64,000 nucleotides of DNA from a bacterium (GTDB lineage: Bacteria; Patescibacteriota; Microgenomatia; Levybacterales; UBA12049). Of the stretch, positions 1 to 9,383 are shown in pieces. A program made the position numbers and the translations under genes. Numbering within the stretch: position 1 is the first letter of the stretch; the number at the start of each line of letters is the position of its first letter. Location of the stretch: the NCBI GenBank assembly GCA_021777565.1, contig JAJYDJ010000005.1, forward strand, positions 30,400 to 94,399. Direction: 5' to 3'. Under the pieces are notes generated by a model. The model saw only the letters and a program-made list of their open reading frames with translations. It searched no databases and was not told where the DNA came from.

Positions 1-767
1 GCTTTCATGGTCTCACTGTACTTCTCGACAGGAAGAGATGAACTGGTCGCGTCATGTGGATCTTTGCCGGCGAGTACTTCTAGTATCGTTGCAGCATCTT
101 CAACTGTTTTGGTCAGTGGTCCGGGACTATCGGTACTGGATGCCATGGCGATGACTCCATAGCGACTTACACGCCCATAGGTTGGTTTTAGCCCAACTAG
201 TCCGCACCAACTTGCTGGCCCTCTCACGGAACCTGCTGTTTCACTTCCAATTGCCGCCAATGCTTCATCACTTGCCACACTTGCCGCTGCTCCACCTGAT
301 GATCCACCTGGATATCTCTCCACATCCCATGGGTTACGTGTCGGCCCATAATCAGAGGTAGCGGTACTTGATCCATGTGCCCATGCGTCCATATTGGTTT
401 TTCCCAAATGCACAATACCAGCATCCATAAGTCGCGAGACAACCGTTGCACTATATGGTGGAATAAAATCATCCAGTACTTTACTGGATGCAGTCGTTCG
501 AATATCTTTTGTGCAGAAATTATCTTTAATAGAAAATGGTAAGCCCAGAAGCGGCTTATCCTCTCCAGCAGAGAGAGCCTCGTCAGCATCTTTTGCCATC
601 TGCAATGCTTTGTCTTTTGTAACGGTAACAAATGAGTTGAGTTTTGGGTCTATTTTTTCAATTCTTTCAAGATATGCCTGAGTTAGCTCGAGAGAGCTAA
701 TCTCCTTATTTTTCAATTTTGACTTTGCCTCTTTAATGGTAAGTGTGTGTAAATCCATACTATGCAT
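1..767 (-). CDS. gatA: Glutamyl-tRNA(Gln)/Asp-tRNA(Asn) amidotransferase subunit A (GatA), N-terminal ~255 aa; the rest of the gene lies before the window start
   Basis: Minus-strand translation from the ATG at 767 reads MHSMDLHTLTIKEAKSKLKNKEISSLELTQAYLERIEK... and stays open to position 1. It contains the amidase signature (...RYPGGSSGGAAASVASDEA...GSETAGSVRGPAS...). The start overlaps the gatC stop by 8 nt. It is missing from the ORF track because it runs off the window edge. Confidence 0.8.
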   Translation of the reverse strand, partial: MHSMDLHTLTIKEAKSKLKNKEISSLELTQAYLERIEKIDPKLNSFVTVTKDKALQMAKDADEALSAGEDKPLLGLPFSIKDNFCTKDIRTTASSKVLDDFIPPYSATVVSRLMDAGIVHLGKTNMDAWAHGSSTATSDYGPTRNPWDVERYPGGSSGGAAASVASDEALAAIGSETAGSVRGPASWCGLVGLKPTYGRVSRYGVIAMASSTDSPGPLTKTVEDAATILEVLAGKDPHDATSSSLPVEKYSETMK

Positions 768-1061
768 TATCTCCTTCCTCTAGGATCGCTGGGACGAGCA
801 CCAAGCCATTATGTTTGTGTTTTGCATTTTTGAGTGCGTCGTCTTGAGAAAGAGTGGTGAACTCATCCACTTCATCCTCACGATACACATTTTTAGTCTG
901 AGTAACCATATTGGTCCCTTCGACTTTTGATGTGTCAATCTGACTGAGCTCTTCAATATAGGCAATTGTCGCGTCCAGCTGAGTAGCTAATTTTCCCTCT
1001 TCTTCTTTTTGAAGAGGAAGGTTAGCCAATTTGGCAATATGAGCAATATCAATTTTCATAA
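760..1061 (-). CDS. gatC: Glu-tRNA(Gln) amidotransferase subunit C (GatC)
   Basis: 99 aa from MKIDIAHIAKLANLPLQKEEEGKLATQLDATIAYIEELSQIDTSKVEGTNMVTQTKNVYREDEV..., which is the typical GatC pattern. It sits immediately upstream of gatA. Start chosen at the internal ATG (1061) of the 760..1137 ORF. Confidence 0.8.
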
Positions 1062-1087
1062 TTTCATTATATCGCTTTCTCCCCCAC

Positions 1088-1109
1088 AAAAAAATCCCCT
1101 TTCGGGGAC
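1088..1109 (-). terminator. Rho-independent terminator downstream of the M20 peptidase gene
   Basis: On the minus strand: TCCCC-GAAA-GGGGA hairpin followed by TTTTTTT (plus-strand A-run 1088-1094, hairpin 1095-1108). It lies 33 nt after the peptidase stop. Confidence 0.6.
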
Positions 1110-1141
1110 TTCCTGTGTTGCACAACAAAATCCCCAAGTTA

Positions 1142-2545
1142 CTACACTTGTTGGTTTTGTTGATTTTTTCGCACCTTCGCTGCTTTTTTGTAAAAACTCT
1201 TACGAGATTCTATGTATTTAAAGAATCTATCGACATGGACTTTTTCATTTGGTGCGTGGGCATTATCACTGGCAACAATAATACCAATCAAGAGTGGTTC
1301 CACCCCGATCTCACTCTGGATGAGTGCAGAAAGAGGAATTGATCCGCCTCCACGATCGAAAACTGGCTCTACCCCGTATACTTCCTCCAGTGCTTCTTTT
1401 TCCATCTGTACCCATGGAGAATTCACATCAGTCATGATCCCGTTACCACCATGAATGTATTCCACTTCTACTTCTACCCCTTTTGGCGCGATCTGAGGGA
1501 TATAGTTCATCACTAATTCTTTGATTTTCTCAGGTTTCTGATTGGGGACAAGTCTGGTACTAAATTTGACGTGTGCCTCATTTGGGATAATTGTCTTGGC
1601 ACCATTGCCAGAGAATCCTCCCCAAATCCCATTGGCATCAAAAGTTGGGCGAGCAGAGATTCTCTCTTTCGTTGAATAATTTGTATCCCCCCAGACAGAT
1701 CGTGCACTCCCTGCATCTTTTAAGAAATCTTCCTCAGTAAATGGTACTTTTGCCAAATTGGCACGTTCTTCTTCAGACACATCAATAACATCACCATAAA
1801 ACCCCGGGATCAGCACTTTACCAGTCTCAACATCATACAATTTGGTCAGTATATAGGCGAGTGCATTGATAGGGTTAAGTATCCCTCCACCAAATTCACC
1901 TGAGTGTAAATCAGTAGAACCAAGTCTCACATTGATCTGAAAATACGCGATACCACGAAGACCATAGGTAATTGCCGGGATCGTTTCCGTTGCAAAATGA
2001 GAATCATTCACCACAAAAACATCACCCTTGAGGAGTTCTTTGGTCTCAGGCTCTTTCATCCACGCCTCGATATTTTCTCCACCTGACTCTTCCTGTCCTT
2101 CCATTACAAATCTAATATTTACTGGCCATTTTTCTCCCCACTCTTCACTGAGCTCTTGAAGTGCAAAAAGCTGTGCCATGATATGACTTTTACTATCAGA
2201 TGCACCTCTGGCGAGAATATAGTTATCAACAATTGTTGGATTAAAAGGATCTGATGTCCAATTTTCTATCGGATCAACGGGCTGCACATCATAGTGGCAA
2301 TACACGATAATTGTTGGATTTTCAGGATCATCAATGCGCTCAGCATAAATAACCGGTGCCATATCCTCATGCCCTTTGGCATATTTATACGAAATGTTCT
2401 TAAATCCAAGTGCTTCTAATTCTTTGGTAATAAATTCAGCAGCACGCAACACATCTCCATGATGCTCAGGCAATGCTGAGATGGATGGAATCTTGATCAG
2501 TTCAAAGAACTTTTCTAAATATTTTTGTTTTTTCTCATCAGTCAT
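1142..2545 (-). CDS. M20 family metallopeptidase (dipeptidase PepV/CNDP-like)
   Basis: 467 aa with motifs typical of the ArgE/DapE/PepV M20 fold: HYDVQP, ARGASDSKSH, and a zinc-ligand Glu-Glu (FVMEGQEESGGE). Confidence 0.75.
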   Translation of the reverse strand: MTDEKKQKYLEKFFELIKIPSISALPEHHGDVLRAAEFITKELEALGFKNISYKYAKGHEDMAPVIYAERIDDPENPTIIVYCHYDVQPVDPIENWTSDPFNPTIVDNYILARGASDSKSHIMAQLFALQELSEEWGEKWPVNIRFVMEGQEESGGENIEAWMKEPETKELLKGDVFVVNDSHFATETIPAITYGLRGIAYFQINVRLGSTDLHSGEFGGGILNPINALAYILTKLYDVETGKVLIPGFYGDVIDVSEEERANLAKVPFTEEDFLKDAGSARSVWGDTNYSTKERISARPTFDANGIWGGFSGNGAKTIIPNEAHVKFSTRLVPNQKPEKIKELVMNYIPQIAPKGVEVEVEYIHGGNGIMTDVNSPWVQMEKEALEEVYGVEPVFDRGGGSIPLSALIQSEIGVEPLLIGIIVASDNAHAPNEKVHVDRFFKYIESRKSFYKKAAKVRKNQQNQQV

Positions 2546-2587
2546 ATATATAGTATAAAAATCCCCTCGTTATAAGGCAATGATTAA

Positions 2588-4234
2588 TTAATTTTGTCCC
2601 ATTCTCCCCACCAAACAAAGACCATAGACATCTACTACACCTTTATCCATAAGCTGTCTGAGCTGAGTTGCCCCAGCGGCAGTACTACAATCAATATCCA
2701 GATACGTTGTCTCTCCTCGCTGTCTGAGTGTCATCCCTGGCAGAGGTGCTACGGTGATGGCATCCCCTTTCCACGCGACACGTACCACAGCACGTGCCCC
2801 AGTTTCCATCTGTACTCTCTGCACTACAACAGCCACATCATCCACTTCCCCTTCTCTGATAATCTGGTTTACTCGTGGATCATCAATACGCATAGTTGCC
2901 TCAGCGAGGGTTCTATCAATCAATTCATCCCCACCCATCAACCACGTTGAGACGAGTGTCGGTCTTTTCGCCCAGTATTCCAGAGATGCTGCCTCAAGCG
3001 TTTTCACACCTTGTCTTCTTGCCTCATCAAGCCCTTTCAGCTGTCTTCTCTGGGTATCCCCAGTCCATAACGGGTACAGCTCTTTGGGGAAGTGCCCATC
3101 CATTGCTGTTGCCTGATCAAAAAAGACCTGCACACCAGGATTGAGCTTGATACCCAAGGCATCTGCCAACGCACGAGCCTGATCCAAATATCCCAAGTGG
3201 GTATAGAACATATAGCCATGTTGCAATTCTTCAAGAACGAGAAGAAGTGCTTTTGGTGTCACTGCTATTGTCTCATCATTGAGTTGTCTGAGCGCGGCAA
3301 ATAATTGGTCTGTCGTTTCAGGCCTATGTGGCAGCGTCACGGAGCGATCTCCTACGCGTACCGTTGTCCCTTCTATTTCCAAAGTCTGTCTGACGATCTG
3401 GCCATTGACGACTGAAATCACCCAGAATGGTAGTTCATGTTCTCCCAGAGCACGTCTTCCACCACCCTCAGAAACAATCTGGTTATACGTCTCACGAGCT
3501 TGTGGGTCACCTAAAAATTGACTCAAAACTAAGTGAGAACTCGTATCAAGTCCAAACTCTTCCACACTATTTGAAAGGCGTACCTGATCAAGCCGCTGCC
3601 CCATGATAAGCCGCGCCATATACACCTGCAATTCTGATTCAGCCGCAAACGGATGACTTACGAGATATGCTCGCATTTGTTCAACCAGGAATAGACCTCT
3701 CTCTTCTGCCGTTTTACCAGCATCTTCCCCATAGGCGTATCGTGCGACTTTGATAGCATATTCGATCTCACGCTGCAGACCCGTAACCCACAATTCAGAT
3801 AATTGTGGATATCGATCCAGTGTCACTCCAGCTGCCACGACAGGGTCTTTGGTCAAAAAGACAAGCCCTTCAACATATCCCCCATATGTTTTTCTTAAGT
3901 AGGCCAGTACTTCCGTTGCTTTTACTCGTCCCTTGCCTTCATTCTCCACATTAAGAGCTCGTAACACCTGTTCAAGAGTTAGGGGAACTGGGCCGGCGAA
4001 ATGATCCCACTGAATCGACATCCACCCGTCAAAAGCCCCAGAATTTGCAACAAGTTGCACACCATCTGTTTCTGTCACAACCAATTCAGGTTTTACCTTC
4101 CCTGTCGCTGATCCCCCACCATCAGTGTTATGGACAAATTCTGTCACTTCTAGCGCTGTCCCACTATCCACCACGGCTGCTCTCACGGCACCCTGTCTAT
4201 TCATTGATTGATCTCCACCTAATATTTCACTCAT
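2588..4234 (-). CDS. Hypothetical 548-aa protein, third gene of the bshB-bshA operon (2-nt gap after bshA). Possible bacillithiol cysteine-adding enzyme (BshC-like), inferred from context and size only
   Basis: Long uninterrupted ORF. Its start is 2 nt after the bshA stop. It has a higher GC than its neighbours (about 50 % versus 44 %). I could recall no diagnostic motif, so the function rests on operon position only. Confidence 0.4.
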   Translation of the reverse strand: MSEILGGDQSMNRQGAVRAAVVDSGTALEVTEFVHNTDGGGSATGKVKPELVVTETDGVQLVANSGAFDGWMSIQWDHFAGPVPLTLEQVLRALNVENEGKGRVKATEVLAYLRKTYGGYVEGLVFLTKDPVVAAGVTLDRYPQLSELWVTGLQREIEYAIKVARYAYGEDAGKTAEERGLFLVEQMRAYLVSHPFAAESELQVYMARLIMGQRLDQVRLSNSVEEFGLDTSSHLVLSQFLGDPQARETYNQIVSEGGGRRALGEHELPFWVISVVNGQIVRQTLEIEGTTVRVGDRSVTLPHRPETTDQLFAALRQLNDETIAVTPKALLLVLEELQHGYMFYTHLGYLDQARALADALGIKLNPGVQVFFDQATAMDGHFPKELYPLWTGDTQRRQLKGLDEARRQGVKTLEAASLEYWAKRPTLVSTWLMGGDELIDRTLAEATMRIDDPRVNQIIREGEVDDVAVVVQRVQMETGARAVVRVAWKGDAITVAPLPGMTLRQRGETTYLDIDCSTAAGATQLRQLMDKGVVDVYGLCLVGRMGQN

Positions 4235-4236
4235 AA

Positions 4237-5358
4237 CTAATTTAGTGCATCATAAATCTGCGTATACTGATGCATCACTTTATCATTGGTGTACTGTTGT
4301 GCATTTCTCACGGCAGCGACACTCATAGATTTCCATAGTTTTTCACTCCTCACCAATTTCAATGCTTGTTTGGCATGTTTATCCACATCTGCAGGACGAG
4401 CCAAGTACCCTGTTTTGCCATGCAGTACTACTTTTGGTAGTGCACCAACATTGGTTGCAATAACTGGGGTGCCACACGCCTGTGCTTCTAAGGCCGCAAG
4501 TGAAAAACTTTCATACAGTGATGGGAGTAACAAGACGTGTGCTTTTTGATATAGTGCTGCTACTTCTTTATTACTCTTTACAGATTTTAAGAATGTTACG
4601 TGACGAATTTTATTTTTCTTTACATATTCACGTACTACTTTTTTCTCTGGTCCATCACCAACAAAAAGCATTTTTGCTTTAGGAAATTCTTTTACCACTT
4701 GTTCAAAAATTTGCACAGTCACCAATGGCTGTTTTACTTTTCTGAAATTTGATACGTGAATAAAAAGTGGTTCAGTCAAAGATTTCTCCACCGGATGAAA
4801 CACTTCTTCATCAATAAAATTTGGGACAATAGTAATGTCTTTCTCAATACCATAAATTTTCAAAAGATTTTTTTTCAAATTTTCAGATGGTACAGTAATA
4901 ACATCTGCACCATGAATGAGCCATTTGTTTAAATTTTTTGGCACGACATGGCCTGGTTTTTCCAAATTAAACCCTAAGACATCGCTACCGTGAAATGTAA
5001 TAATAACTTTTACTGATTTGCCAAAATGTGCCAGCATATTTTTGGCGAGCAAACTCACGTGACCGAACAAGATGCCATAATGTGCATGAATAATATCGAT
5101 ATTTTCTTTTTGCACAATTGCGGCGATTTCATCAGCAAGCGCTAATTCATAAATTGGGAATGGAAATAGTGGATAGGAAAATCCAACTACTTTGTGAAAT
5201 TTAATATTTTCTTTTCCACTCTCTGCACGGAATGCCGTTTCATAACTTAAGAAATGGACCTCATAGCCACGTTTTGAGAGCTCCTTTGCGGTTTCAAATG
5301 CTACCATTCCGCTTCCCCCTAACCAGGGAGATGCGACAACTAATATCTTTTTTTTCAT
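4237..5358 (-). CDS. bshA: GT4 glycosyltransferase, BshA-like (N-acetyl-alpha-D-glucosaminyl L-malate synthase type)
   Basis: Motifs match bacillithiol BshA as I recall it (GGSGMV, HVSNFRKVKQ, FVGDGPE), plus the GT4 E-x7-E motif (SLYESFSLAALEAQACGTPVIA). Start taken at the internal MKKKILVV (5358). Confidence 0.6.
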   Translation of the reverse strand: MKKKILVVASPWLGGSGMVAFETAKELSKRGYEVHFLSYETAFRAESGKENIKFHKVVGFSYPLFPFPIYELALADEIAAIVQKENIDIIHAHYGILFGHVSLLAKNMLAHFGKSVKVIITFHGSDVLGFNLEKPGHVVPKNLNKWLIHGADVITVPSENLKKNLLKIYGIEKDITIVPNFIDEEVFHPVEKSLTEPLFIHVSNFRKVKQPLVTVQIFEQVVKEFPKAKMLFVGDGPEKKVVREYVKKNKIRHVTFLKSVKSNKEVAALYQKAHVLLLPSLYESFSLAALEAQACGTPVIATNVGALPKVVLHGKTGYLARPADVDKHAKQALKLVRSEKLWKSMSVAAVRNAQQYTNDKVMHQYTQIYDALN

Positions 5359-5377
5359 ATGATTTTTTAGGCAGGGG

Positions 5378-6115
5378 CTAGAAAAAGTTAGGAATGAAAC
5401 CCATTGGGTCATCTAACCCGATTGGGTTAATACTCAAGTAAGGTTCGCCATATCTTTTGGCGATGGGGAAGCCATAGTTGCGTGCTCTGGCTTCGAAGAA
5501 TTTCAGAGTATCAGCATCATTATCAATAGTTTTGCGTGTTCCCTTGCCTCCACCGAACTGAGACGTGTGCGCCAGAAGCGCTTTCATCTTGGTATCAAAT
5601 TCATCAGTAATATCCAAAATAAATGATGGCTGGAATTCATTCCACATCATGTAAAAAAGGAATCGTGTTGGGCGATGTTTTTCCTGGCCTGTTTCGTAGC
5701 GAATCAGTCCTGAGGTGAAAAGAGCCTCTCTTACAAGATTTCCGGTAGCCATGTGATCAGGGTGCCTATCAAAGTAGTATGGAACCAAAACCATTTCAGG
5801 CTTGTGTGCACGAATTGCTTTAACTAATACATCCTGCAATTCTCGAGAATTAAAAAAGAAATTATTTGGTACTTCCAAGTTCTCGCGAAACTTTGCCCCC
5901 AGGATTTTTCGTGCTGCTTGTGCTTCTTTTTGTCTCTCTTCAACAGTTCCGTTGGTTGATAACTCACCAAGAGACATGTCAATAATACCTGTTGAATAGC
6001 CACGTTTTGCAGCCTTAACAAGCAGTCCTCCACATCCATCCTCGATATCATCTGGATGTGCTCCAAATGCAAGGATGTCTACTTTTTCATTTGATAATTT
6101 TTTAGGATCTATCAT
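5378..6115 (-). CDS. bshB: LmbE/PIG-L family N-acetylglucosaminyl deacetylase, BshB1-like
   Basis: VDILAFGAHPDDIEDGCGG, the metal-binding HPDD motif, and overall collinearity with BshB1 as I recall it. Start placed at the internal MIDPKK (6115), because a terminator hairpin occupies 6127-6155. Confidence 0.6.
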   Translation of the reverse strand: MIDPKKLSNEKVDILAFGAHPDDIEDGCGGLLVKAAKRGYSTGIIDMSLGELSTNGTVEERQKEAQAARKILGAKFRENLEVPNNFFFNSRELQDVLVKAIRAHKPEMVLVPYYFDRHPDHMATGNLVREALFTSGLIRYETGQEKHRPTRFLFYMMWNEFQPSFILDITDEFDTKMKALLAHTSQFGGGKGTRKTIDNDADTLKFFEARARNYGFPIAKRYGEPYLSINPIGLDDPMGFIPNFF

Positions 6116-6126
6116 ATTTTTAGTAC

Positions 6127-6155
6127 AAAAAAAAACCTCCCGCTTCTGTGGGAGG
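6127..6155 (-). terminator. Rho-independent terminator after gatD
   Basis: On the minus strand: CCTCCC-ACAGAAGC-GGGAGG hairpin followed by U9 (plus-strand A-run 6127-6135). A-runs flank both sides on the plus strand. Confidence 0.6.
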
Positions 6156-6288
6156 TTATACAAAAAAAACTTCTCTCCCACGAAACATCAGACCCAAATA
6201 AGGGTGTGACGCTTCATTGGAAAGAAGTATTGCGTGTTCATGTCACAAATATGATACCAGAGGATTTTACCTTGTGTCAACAGGCAAA

Positions 6289-7056
6289 CTACATCCGTGC
6301 AAGAATTGCCTCACGAGCACTCGCAGCAAGTGAGTCATCAAGAGGTGTAAGCATTACTTTCTCACCATATTTTTTCTCGAGTGCTTTTTCAATAAGCCAG
6401 TCTGCAATCATAGGATTTTTGGGTAAGATAGGACCATGAAAATATGTGCCGATAGAATTTTTATACACTGCTCCTTCTTCCTGAGCACTATCATTACTTC
6501 CATAGCCTTTGAGCACTTTTCCAAGTGGCTTAATACTTTTACCTAAGATTGTTCTGCCTCCATGGTTCTCAAAACCTACAATTGTCCCTGTGATACCAAG
6601 TTCAGGACTGAGCTCAACTGCAATATTTCCAATAAGCCGTTCACGACCTGGATTTTCGGTATACATATCTAAAACTCCCAGTTGAGGTAATTTTGTCCCA
6701 TCGGCAGTTTTGTAATACTGTCCCAAATACTGAAACCCTCCACAGATATACAACCCCGGAACACCGTCTTCTATCATCTGTGCAAATGCTTTCTTTTTCT
6801 TTTGTAAATCTTTGGCAACAATTTCCTGCTGCATATCCTGTGCACCACCCATCATTAACAGATCACAGGACTGCAAATCTTTTTCGGTTGAGCCAACTCC
6901 AATTTCTCTGACAGTCACGTTAATACCTCGATCTTTACATCGTTTTTCAAGTACGATGACATTCCCCCGATCGCCATAGATATTCATCAGATCAGGATAT
7001 AACCACCCGATGGTGAGTTGGTATTTTTTATTTTGTCTGTTAGTTGTATGTTTCAT
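6289..7056 (-). CDS. gatD: Lipid II isoglutaminyl synthase, glutamine amidotransferase subunit GatD (CobQ-type GATase)
   Basis: CobB/CobQ-like GATase domain (ICGGFQYLGQYY, catalytic Cys) directly downstream of murT. Start chosen at the second ATG (MKHTTNRQNKK...), which has AAGGA six nt upstream. Confidence 0.8.
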   Translation of the reverse strand: MKHTTNRQNKKYQLTIGWLYPDLMNIYGDRGNVIVLEKRCKDRGINVTVREIGVGSTEKDLQSCDLLMMGGAQDMQQEIVAKDLQKKKKAFAQMIEDGVPGLYICGGFQYLGQYYKTADGTKLPQLGVLDMYTENPGRERLIGNIAVELSPELGITGTIVGFENHGGRTILGKSIKPLGKVLKGYGSNDSAQEEGAVYKNSIGTYFHGPILPKNPMIADWLIEKALEKKYGEKVMLTPLDDSLAASAREAILARM

Positions 7057-7182
7057 ATATTTCCTTGACGTCATTCTGAACGGAGTGCGCCGCTACTGGG
7101 TAGCAAGTGCTCTTGGGGCGAAGAATCTATATTTAGAAATAAGATCCTTCGCTTTGCTCAGGATGACACTCTAAGCATCCCC
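7057..7182 (-). promoter_or_regulatory. Structured 126-nt spacer between murT and gatD: a 10-bp hairpin plus two interleaved inverted-repeat pairs
   Basis: Hairpin GCGAAGAATC(7118-7127)/GATCCTTCGC(7143-7152), 9 of 10 bp. GTCATTCTGAA(7070-7080) pairs with CTCAGGATGAC(7157-7167). GGAGTG(7082-7087) pairs with CACTC(7167-7171). The last two pairs cross, giving pseudoknot or alternative-structure topology. Confidence 0.3.
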
Positions 7183-8427
7183 TCACAAAATACTTCTCCC
7201 CGTTATAATTTTTCTCACATCAAGCATGGCAGAATACGTTGGCAAAATATAAAAAGTCTCTCCTTTTGGTGTATTTTTAACACCAGTTTCAATTGCCTCT
7301 TCAAGTGATGGGAAGACTCGCGCTTCACAACCCGCATACTGAATACGAAGTGCCATATCATATACTCTATCACCGCTAACGAGTACCTCAGCAAACGAAT
7401 TGATGTATTGTTCCATATTCGTATCCCAGATCCAGCTCACGTCTGTCCCATCAGGGATTCTATCATTCAAAACAAAGAGCACACGGGGGTGTTTGGACAG
7501 AGACAAAACTGTCTCAATACTTTGATTTGTTCCTGTTGGATTTTTAGACAAAATGATTTGTATCTCTTTCCCATCTTTTTGCACTTTTTCTTGTCTGCCA
7601 AATGCAGGATGGACCTTCATCAGCGCATCTGAGATCTCACTATCAGTCGCGCCAATACGTTTTGCCACAGTCGCTGCTGCAGCCATATTGTATTGGTTAT
7701 AGAGCCCTGAGAGTTCACTCGTAAATGGCTTGAATGCATACGTTGGTGTTGGTCTATTGAGGCCGCATGAAGGACAGTGCCAATCTCCCACGTGAGAATA
7801 ACTTACTTTTTTATATTCAAGTTTACTCTCACAGCGAGGACAATAGGTACTATCTGCTCCATGAATAATTTCACTTTTTTGCATCTGTGAAACAGGCAGT
7901 CCAAAATAGATCGGTTTCTCAATACCAAGCCCCAACCAGGCAACCAATGGATCATCTCCATTCAGAACGATTTGCACATCGTTAAGTTTGGCAAAAGATG
8001 TCTGCCATTTCTTAGCAATAGTCATCAATTCTCCATATCTATCCAACTGATCTCTGAAGAGATTCAGACAAATAATATATGCTGGCATCACTTCCTTAAG
8101 CATCAATGGCAGGACATTCTCATCAACTTCAAAAATGAGAAAATCATACGAAATCTTTCCATCAATACGGCTGGCATTGAGAAATCCCGATGCCATACCA
8201 TTCATTAAGTTGGCTCCCGACTGGTTATAAAAAATTTTCTTGCCATGTGACGTGAGCATTGAAGAAAGTAGCATAGACGTCGTTGTCTTCCCATTTGTCC
8301 CACTCACAAAAACGATCTGTGTTTGAGGGTTCATGCGGTGAAGCCGAGCGATAAATCTTGGATACATGCTCAGGACGATATATCCTGGCCAAGTAGAGCC
8401 ACTTCCCTTGCCAATAAGTTGGCTCAT
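7183..8427 (-). CDS. murT: Lipid II isoglutaminyl synthase, Mur-ligase-type subunit MurT
   Basis: Mur ligase central domain (VSGTNGKTTT), a Cys-rich ribbon (CPRCESKLEY...HCPSCG) and a C-terminal DUF1727-like region. Paired with gatD as in the Staphylococcus aureus murT-gatD operon. Start at the internal MSQLIGKG (8427); the longest ORF starts at 8469. Confidence 0.8.
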   Translation of the reverse strand: MSQLIGKGSGSTWPGYIVLSMYPRFIARLHRMNPQTQIVFVSGTNGKTTTSMLLSSMLTSHGKKIFYNQSGANLMNGMASGFLNASRIDGKISYDFLIFEVDENVLPLMLKEVMPAYIICLNLFRDQLDRYGELMTIAKKWQTSFAKLNDVQIVLNGDDPLVAWLGLGIEKPIYFGLPVSQMQKSEIIHGADSTYCPRCESKLEYKKVSYSHVGDWHCPSCGLNRPTPTYAFKPFTSELSGLYNQYNMAAAATVAKRIGATDSEISDALMKVHPAFGRQEKVQKDGKEIQIILSKNPTGTNQSIETVLSLSKHPRVLFVLNDRIPDGTDVSWIWDTNMEQYINSFAEVLVSGDRVYDMALRIQYAGCEARVFPSLEEAIETGVKNTPKGETFYILPTYSAMLDVRKIITGRSIL

Positions 8428-8475
8428 TCGTGACACACACTTCCCTAAAATAATCAGTATTTGCATCATAGAAGA

Positions 8476-9381
8476 TTACATGGAACGCAAGATCTTAATA
8501 CGTTCTTCGATTGGTGGATGCGTATCAAAAAGTGAAGCAAACCATGCGCCTGCTTCTTTATTGGTAAAAGGATTTGCGATAAATAAATGTGCCGTCGCAT
8601 TACTGGCGCCCGGCATAGGCGCTTTACTGTGTGCAATCTTTTCTAGTGCTGATGCCAACCCTTCAGGGTATCTGGTCAACAATACTCCTGATGCATCTGC
8701 CAAAAATTCTCGTTTACGAGATACTGCCAACTGAATAAGTGTCGCAACAATTGGAGATAAAATTGCAAAAATAATACCAATGATCAGGAAAAGTGATTGT
8801 AAATTCCCTTCCTCTCGATCATTACTGCGCCTACCGCCTCCCCACCACAGCGCATTGGTAAACATTTGTGCTAGAAGGGCTACAAATCCCACAAGAATGG
8901 CAACCACTGCCATGAGTCTGGTGTCGTAGTTTTTGACATGGGACAGTTCATGTGCGAGCACCCCTTCTAACTCAGCCTTATTCATCAGAGCAAGAAGTCC
9001 GGTCGTTACACAGACCACAGCATGTTTTGGGTCTCTACCTGTAGCGAATGCATTTGGGGCATCAGTCTGCATGACATACACTTTTGGAGTCGGGACGCCA
9101 TCACCAATCGCCAAGTTTTCAACAATATGATACAGGGTTGGGTTATCCTTTTCCTGTATCTCTCGTGCGCCAACACTTGCTAGTACTAACTGATCAGAGT
9201 AGTAATAACTTCCAAGGCTGGAGAATCCGGCAAAGATGAGAGCAAATGCCGCAAATGTCCATTCGTTATACCCAAGTGCTTTGGCAAAGACATAAGACAC
9301 GGTCACAATAAACACAGAAAAGAGAACCATAATAAGTATGGTTTTCCATCTGTTCCCACTGATCTGTGAATACAAATTCAT
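8476..9381 (-). CDS. htpX: HtpX-like M48 zinc metalloprotease
   Basis: HELSHVKNYD (HExxH) motif, four TM segments, C-terminal PPIEERI. Confidence 0.75.
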   Translation of the reverse strand: MNLYSQISGNRWKTILIMVLFSVFIVTVSYVFAKALGYNEWTFAAFALIFAGFSSLGSYYYSDQLVLASVGAREIQEKDNPTLYHIVENLAIGDGVPTPKVYVMQTDAPNAFATGRDPKHAVVCVTTGLLALMNKAELEGVLAHELSHVKNYDTRLMAVVAILVGFVALLAQMFTNALWWGGGRRSNDREEGNLQSLFLIIGIIFAILSPIVATLIQLAVSRKREFLADASGVLLTRYPEGLASALEKIAHSKAPMPGASNATAHLFIANPFTNKEAGAWFASLFDTHPPIEERIKILRSM

Positions 9382-9383
9382 AG

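Noticed and set aside
224-681. ORF-track entries 224..631(-) and 394..681(+)
   Set aside because: They lie inside, or antisense to, the gatA reading frame, which has a clear amidase signature. They are spurious.
2594-3521. Several plus-strand ORFs of 60-120 aa antisense to the 548-aa gene (2594-3521)
   Set aside because: They are antisense ORFs in a GC-richer gene with no start context. Similar antisense ORFs inside murT, ileS and the glycosyltransferases were rejected for the same reason.
2588-4234. The 548-aa protein as a Pup ligase (PafA/Dop) or a YbdK-type carboxylate-amine ligase
   Set aside because: No GIETEFG-type or GCL family motifs are recognisable. Only operon context (after bshA) carries any weight.
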